Source of the DNA: Roseiarcus sp. | GTDB taxonomy: Bacteria > Pseudomonadota > Alphaproteobacteria > Rhizobiales > Beijerinckiaceae | Assembly: GCA_050013275.1 (NCBI GenBank) | Contig: JBEKFO010000001.1 | Coordinates: forward strand, 1,792 to 65,791 | Reading direction: 5' to 3' | DNA length: 64,000 bases | Shown: one piece after another, positions 60,006 through 64,000 of the stretch | Layout of the letters: the number at the start of each line of letters is the position of its first letter | How positions within the stretch are numbered: the first letter of the stretch is position 1 | Position numbers and translations under genes: made by a program | The notes under the pieces: generated by a model | What the model saw: only the letters and a program-made list of their open reading frames with translations | What the model was told of the DNA's origin: nothing | The model's database searches: none

Positions 60006-60472
60006 CCGATCTCGACAGCCTCAGCGCGGCGGTCGCCGAACGGGCGCGACCGCTCGGCCGCGAGACGTTCCCTCGTTTCGTGCCGGTCACCACGCGTTGG
60101 AGCGACAACGATCCCTACGGCCATCTCAACAACGTCGCCTATTACGCCTTCTTCGACGCGGCGGTGAACGCGATCCTCATCGAGGCGGATCTGCTCGATC
60201 CCGCTACAAGCCCGGTGATCGGCCTGGTCGCCGAGAGCAGCTGCAGTTTCTTCTCCAGCCTCGCGTTCCCCGACGCGGTCGAGATCGGCGTCGCCGTGGA
60301 GCGCCTCGGGCGCTCGTCGGCGCGCTATCTTCTGGCCGCGTTCAAGGCCGGCGCGCCGCGCGCCAGCGCCCAAGGGCGCTACACCCACGTCTATGTGGAC
60401 CGGGCCACGGGCAAGCCGACGCCGATCCCCGACGCCCACCGCCGATTGATGGAGAGCTTGGCGTGCCGTTGA
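60002..60472 (+). CDS. 4HBT/YbgC-type acyl-CoA thioesterase
   Basis: TTRWSDNDPYGHLNNVAYY, LGRSS, HVYVDR. Start is either CTG 60002 (RBS GAGGGAG) or GTG 60080. Confidence 0.9.
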   Translation: MTDLDSLSAAVAERARPLGRETFPRFVPVTTRWSDNDPYGHLNNVAYYAFFDAAVNAILIEADLLDPATSPVIGLVAESSCSFFSSLAFPDAVEIGVAVERLGRSSARYLLAAFKAGAPRASAQGRYTHVYVDRATGKPTPIPDAHRRLMESLACR

Positions 60473-60701
60473 CGAGCGCGCGCCCGAAGCGCCCGGCGCG
60501 TTCGGACGCAGGTTCGTCGCCCCAACCGCGGTCAGGCATAATTTACGTTGAACGCGTAAACACTGCGCACCGCGCTCGGCAGAATTGGAAACGCCGCATG
60601 CGGAGGAAATTCGCCAGCGGTCTCGCGACTCGATCGCGCATCGTTCGGTCCTTCGCCGAGGGCGCGCGAATTGCGGACCGGCCGTGCTTGTGAGGAAAGC
60701 G

Positions 60702-62120
60702 ATGTCGAGGAAGATCCTTCCGGTCATCATGTGCGGCGGCGCCGGAACGCGCGTCTGGCCGGAATCGCGCGAGACGATGCCCAAGCAATTCATTCCTCTG
60801 ATCGGGAAGTCCTCGACCTTTCAGGACTCCGTGCGGCGCGTCGTCGACCCGATCTTCGAGGCGCCGATCGTCGTCACCAATCGCGACTATCGCTTTCTCG
60901 TCAGGGAGCAGCTCGAAGAAATCGGCGCGCAGGCGACGATCGTCCTGGAGCCGTCGCGCCGCGATTCCGGACCGGCCGTCGCGGTTGCGGCGGAGCTCGC
61001 AGCCAAGCGCGATCCGGAAACGATCGTTGCGGTGTTCGCGGCCGACCACGTGATCCTCAAGCAGGCCGAGTTTCTGCAGACCTGCGAGACCGCAGCCGAC
61101 GCGGCCGCGAACGGCTATATCGCGACCCTCGGCGTCACGCCGTCGGAACCTGCCGTCGGCTACGGCTATATCCGGCCGGGCGCGGCGATCGCCCCGGGCA
61201 AAGCGCGCGAAGTGGAGGCCTTCGTCGAGAAGCCCGACCGGGCGACGGCCGAGCGCTATGTCGCCGAGGGCTATCTTTGGAACTCCGGCAATTTCTTCTT
61301 TCGCGCCGACGTCATGCTCGACGAATTGCGCGCGTTCGAGCCGGAGATGGCGGAAGCGACGGCGCGCGCGCTCGCTCAATCCGTCGACGATCTCGGATTC
61401 CTCGCTCTCGACGCGAAGGCCTTCGCCGACGCGCCGAAAAAGTCGATCGACTACGCCGTCATGGAGCGCACCAAGCGCGCCGCTGTGGTGCCCGCCGACA
61501 TCGGCTGGTCGGACGTCGGCGACTGGGGCGCGGTGTGGAAGCTGAGCCAGCGCGACGAGAACGGCAACTCCATTCAGGGCGAAGGCTTGGCGATCGAAGC
61601 GAAGAACGTGCACATCCGCTCCAGCGGCCTGCTGACCGCAGTCGTCGGGGTCAACGACGTCGTCGTGGTTTCGACGCAGGACGCGGTTCTGGTGCTGGCC
61701 CGCGAGCAAGGCGACAAGGTCAAGCAGCTCGTCGACACGCTGAAGAAGGAACAGCGGCGCGAGGCGACCGAGCACAAGCGCATCTACCGCCCCTGGGGAT
61801 ATTACCAGTCGATCGACTCCGGCCCGCGCTATCAGGTCAAGCGCATCGTCGTCGCGCCCGGACGCCAGCTTTCGCTGCAAAAGCATCACCATCGCGCCGA
61901 ACACTGGGTCGTCGTCAATGGCACGGCGCAGGTGACGCGCGATTCGCAAGTGCAGATGGTGCACGAAAACGAATCGATCTTCCTGCCGATCGGCGTCGTT
62001 CACCGGCTCGCCAATCCCGGCAAGATCAATCTCGAGCTCATCGAGGTGCAGACGGGCTCGTATCTCGGCGAAGACGACATCGTCCGCCTCGAGGACGCCT
62101 ACAACCGGCCGCAGAGCTGA
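60702..62120 (+). CDS. manC: Mannose-1-phosphate guanylyltransferase/mannose-6-phosphate isomerase
   Basis: GGAGTRVWPESR..MPKQF, FVEKP, WNSG, SIDYAVME, WSDVG; cupin RPWG, SLQKHHHRAEHW. Confidence 0.97.
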   Translation: MSRKILPVIMCGGAGTRVWPESRETMPKQFIPLIGKSSTFQDSVRRVVDPIFEAPIVVTNRDYRFLVREQLEEIGAQATIVLEPSRRDSGPAVAVAAELAAKRDPETIVAVFAADHVILKQAEFLQTCETAADAAANGYIATLGVTPSEPAVGYGYIRPGAAIAPGKAREVEAFVEKPDRATAERYVAEGYLWNSGNFFFRADVMLDELRAFEPEMAEATARALAQSVDDLGFLALDAKAFADAPKKSIDYAVMERTKRAAVVPADIGWSDVGDWGAVWKLSQRDENGNSIQGEGLAIEAKNVHIRSSGLLTAVVGVNDVVVVSTQDAVLVLAREQGDKVKQLVDTLKKEQRREATEHKRIYRPWGYYQSIDSGPRYQVKRIVVAPGRQLSLQKHHHRAEHWVVVNGTAQVTRDSQVQMVHENESIFLPIGVVHRLANPGKINLELIEVQTGSYLGEDDIVRLEDAYNRPQS

Positions 62121-62148
62121 CGCCGCGACGGCCGGCGCGCCTCGGGCG

Positions 62149-62640
62149 TCACTTCGCGCTCAAGCCGCGGACGATGTCTTCGCGAATGTCCGAGGTCTTC
62201 GTCACGATGTCGTCGATCTTCCACGCTCCGTCCTCGCGGACGAAGCGATAGGTCACCGCGTGCTCCTCGCCGCTGGCAATATGAAATTTCGCCACGGCCT
62301 CGGCTTTTGCGCCGCCCGGCGGCGTCGCCTCGACCGTCACGTCGATCGGCACGGCGCCGTTGCCGTCGGCGACGGGGTCCCAATCGAGAATCGCGTCGCC
62401 GGTCTTGCGCTCGTATATCTCCATCCGCGCCACGAGGCGCCGAAATTCGCGCGTCAAGCGCCCCTGGATCTGGGAATCGCGAAATGTGTAAAGCGGTTCA
62501 ACGGACATGTCGCCTTTCGGACCCAACTCGAGACGGTAGAGCTCGGCGACGATTTCGCGCGGCGAAAGCTCGGCCGCGCTCGCCGCGCCGCCGATCGCCA
62601 ACGCCGCAGCAAGTGCAAAAACTCGGAGGCAAGTCGACAT
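62149..62640 (-). CDS. Exported DUF3828/YbjP-like (NTF2-like) protein
   Basis: Signal peptide; SPREIVAELY, LDWDPV, A.A.F, FVREDGAWKIDDI. Confidence 0.7.
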   Translation of the reverse strand: MSTCLRVFALAAALAIGGAASAAELSPREIVAELYRLELGPKGDMSVEPLYTFRDSQIQGRLTREFRRLVARMEIYERKTGDAILDWDPVADGNGAVPIDVTVEATPPGGAKAEAVAKFHIASGEEHAVTYRFVREDGAWKIDDIVTKTSDIREDIVRGLSAK

Positions 62641-62690
62641 CTCTCATCTCTCCTCATAGGCGCGGCCCCGCGCCCCATACGCCGCGCGCA

Positions 62691-63173
62691 TCAGTGTTCG
62701 GACACCGCGTCCGCCAGTCTTTCGACGACCAAATCCCGCCGGGCGGTTTCCTGCAGCCGGCAATAGTCGCTTCCTCCCAGATTGGCGCCGGGATCGAGGT
62801 CGTTGAAGAGAGCGCACAGCTTCTCGCGTGACGCCAGCCAGGTCTTCTGCGCCTCGGCCAACGCCGGACGGACGGCTGGAGGGCCGCTGGCGCTCGCCTT
62901 CTTGATCGCGGCCTCGAGACGCTCGCCCCAGACAACGAGCTCGCGCGCCGCGCATTTTCTTGCGTCGTCGGCGGCCGAATCTCGTGAGCTCGCTTGCGAG
63001 ATGCAGGGATCGGCGACGACGCCGACGCAAGCGCCGCCCAATTTTCCCTTTTCGTCCTCGGCGCTGACGCAATGCGCCACCGTCGCGCGATCTTTGGCCG
63101 CGATCGGCTCCGCATGAGCGGGGCTTAGCGCCATGAGACCGGCGCACAGGCAAAGATATTTTGCGATGCGCAT
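62691..63173 (-). CDS. LprI/DUF1311 lysozyme-inhibitor family protein
   Basis: Signal peptide; CAARE...W...L, L.EAQKTWLASREKLC, CRLQETARR. Confidence 0.82.
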   Translation of the reverse strand: MRIAKYLCLCAGLMALSPAHAEPIAAKDRATVAHCVSAEDEKGKLGGACVGVVADPCISQASSRDSAADDARKCAARELVVWGERLEAAIKKASASGPPAVRPALAEAQKTWLASREKLCALFNDLDPGANLGGSDYCRLQETARRDLVVERLADAVSEH

Positions 63174-63215
63174 CTCTTGCTTTCCTCGTTTGCCCCGCCG
63201 TCCCGGCTCGCCTGG

Positions 63216-63857
63216 CTATTTATCAGGATGATCGGGAAAGAGCGCGCCGGCCTCGACCCAACCGTGGGCGACACGCTCGTCGGCGACGAATTCGACCTCA
63301 GCCCAACCCGGCTGCTCGCTCAGCACGCCGAGGCTGTCTCCCTTGACGACGAAGCTCTTCTGGCGCGCGTCGTCGCTCGGCTTGCTATAGAGATAGGCGC
63401 GCTTGGCCATCACGACCCGCACCGCGCGCCAAGCGTGCTTAGCCGAGAGGTCGTGATCGACGCTCGCGCCGTCCGTGAACAGATACTGGCAGCCGTCCGG
63501 CTGCTGGTCGAAGGTCGCCGTCACCGTTGCGTTCTTGGCCGTGAGCACGCCTTTGATCGTAGTGCGGTCGCCGGCGATGCGGTCGCCGGGAACCCAGGCG
63601 ACGATCGCGTATCGGCCGGGAGCCGTCTGTTGGCCGCGCAGCGCGAAGCGGCAGCCGAACTGCGGCGCGCTTTCGCTGCCGTTGCCGACCCAGTCGGCGT
63701 GCTCGAAACCCGTGAGCGTTCCGTCCTCAGGGTCGACCGCGAGCAACAGGCTGTCGTAGACGCCCGACGCCGGCGCGCGCTCCTCGGCCGCCGCGTAAGG
63801 CGCGGCGAAGACAAGTCCCGTCGCGACGAGCAAGGCGGCCGTCCCTATTCCATTCAT
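63216..63857 (-). CDS. Exported hypothetical protein with C-terminal SH3b-like domain
   Basis: Signal peptide after GGGAGAG RBS; AYLYSKP...FVVKGD..V....GWAEVEF...GWV. Confidence 0.7.
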   Translation of the reverse strand: MNGIGTAALLVATGLVFAAPYAAAEERAPASGVYDSLLLAVDPEDGTLTGFEHADWVGNGSESAPQFGCRFALRGQQTAPGRYAIVAWVPGDRIAGDRTTIKGVLTAKNATVTATFDQQPDGCQYLFTDGASVDHDLSAKHAWRAVRVVMAKRAYLYSKPSDDARQKSFVVKGDSLGVLSEQPGWAEVEFVADERVAHGWVEAGALFPDHPDK

Positions 63858-63919
63858 CAGTCTCTCCCGTTCAATGCGCCCGTTTGTTTGAGGATACGGG
63901 ATGATCGAGACGATCCGTT

Positions 63920-64000
63920 TCATTGGGCGCCGGCGCGCATGGCTCGCGCGCGGCTCGCGGCGGCGGTGATGAAGGCGGCGTAGCTCCAGGCGAGATGCTT
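63920..64000 (-). CDS. C-terminal 26 aa of a GH15 glucoamylase-like protein (partial)
   Basis: Minus strand reads KHLAWSYAAFITAAASRARAMRAGAQ*, matching the glucoamylase C-terminal L[TA]WSYA motif. Confidence 0.7.
   Translation of the reverse strand, partial: KHLAWSYAAFITAAASRARAMRAGAQ

Noticed and set aside
60542-60560. Inverted repeat TTTACG-N7-CGTAAA upstream of manC
   Set aside because: Only 6-bp arms and a single occurrence; cannot be distinguished from chance.
60543-62003. 486-aa minus-strand ORF
   Set aside because: Antisense shadow of manC.
63177-63983. 268-aa plus-strand ORF
   Set aside because: Antisense to the signal-peptide/SH3 gene and the GH15 tail, which have better motif and RBS support.

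Overview
High-GC alphaproteobacterial (Rhizobiales-like) chromosomal window with four blocks. (1) 1-2.1 kb: end of a hybrid histidine kinase, olsB and tRNA-Arg(CCG). (2) 2.1-14.3 kb: a co-oriented stress block (cspA, small partner ORF, CIRCE-controlled groES-groEL, cyclic beta-1,2-glucan synthase ndvB) abutting the tRNA, with a start-less gene fragment at the junction. (3) 14.6-56.8 kb: about 42 kb of surface-glycan genes. These include an ABC-dependent capsule system (kpsM, kpsT, two kpsE-like genes, an OPX lipoprotein), rml genes with an internally deleted rmlD, and a separate Wzx/Wzy cluster with a degenerate Wzc kinase. (4) 57-64 kb: housekeeping genes, manC, three small exported proteins and the tail of a GH15 gene. 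The best candidate for an undescribed system is at 18-32 kb. A sulfotransferase is fused to a coiled coil built of exact heptad multiples (63/63/56/63/63 aa), resembling a WbdD-like ruler. It shares a ~36-aa repeat (10 copies in total) with the next two glycan enzymes, and a degenerate sulfotransferase-fold protein lies between the two kpsE genes. No integrase, transposase, CRISPR array or rRNA was seen. All family calls come from motif recognition by eye; no database searches were run.
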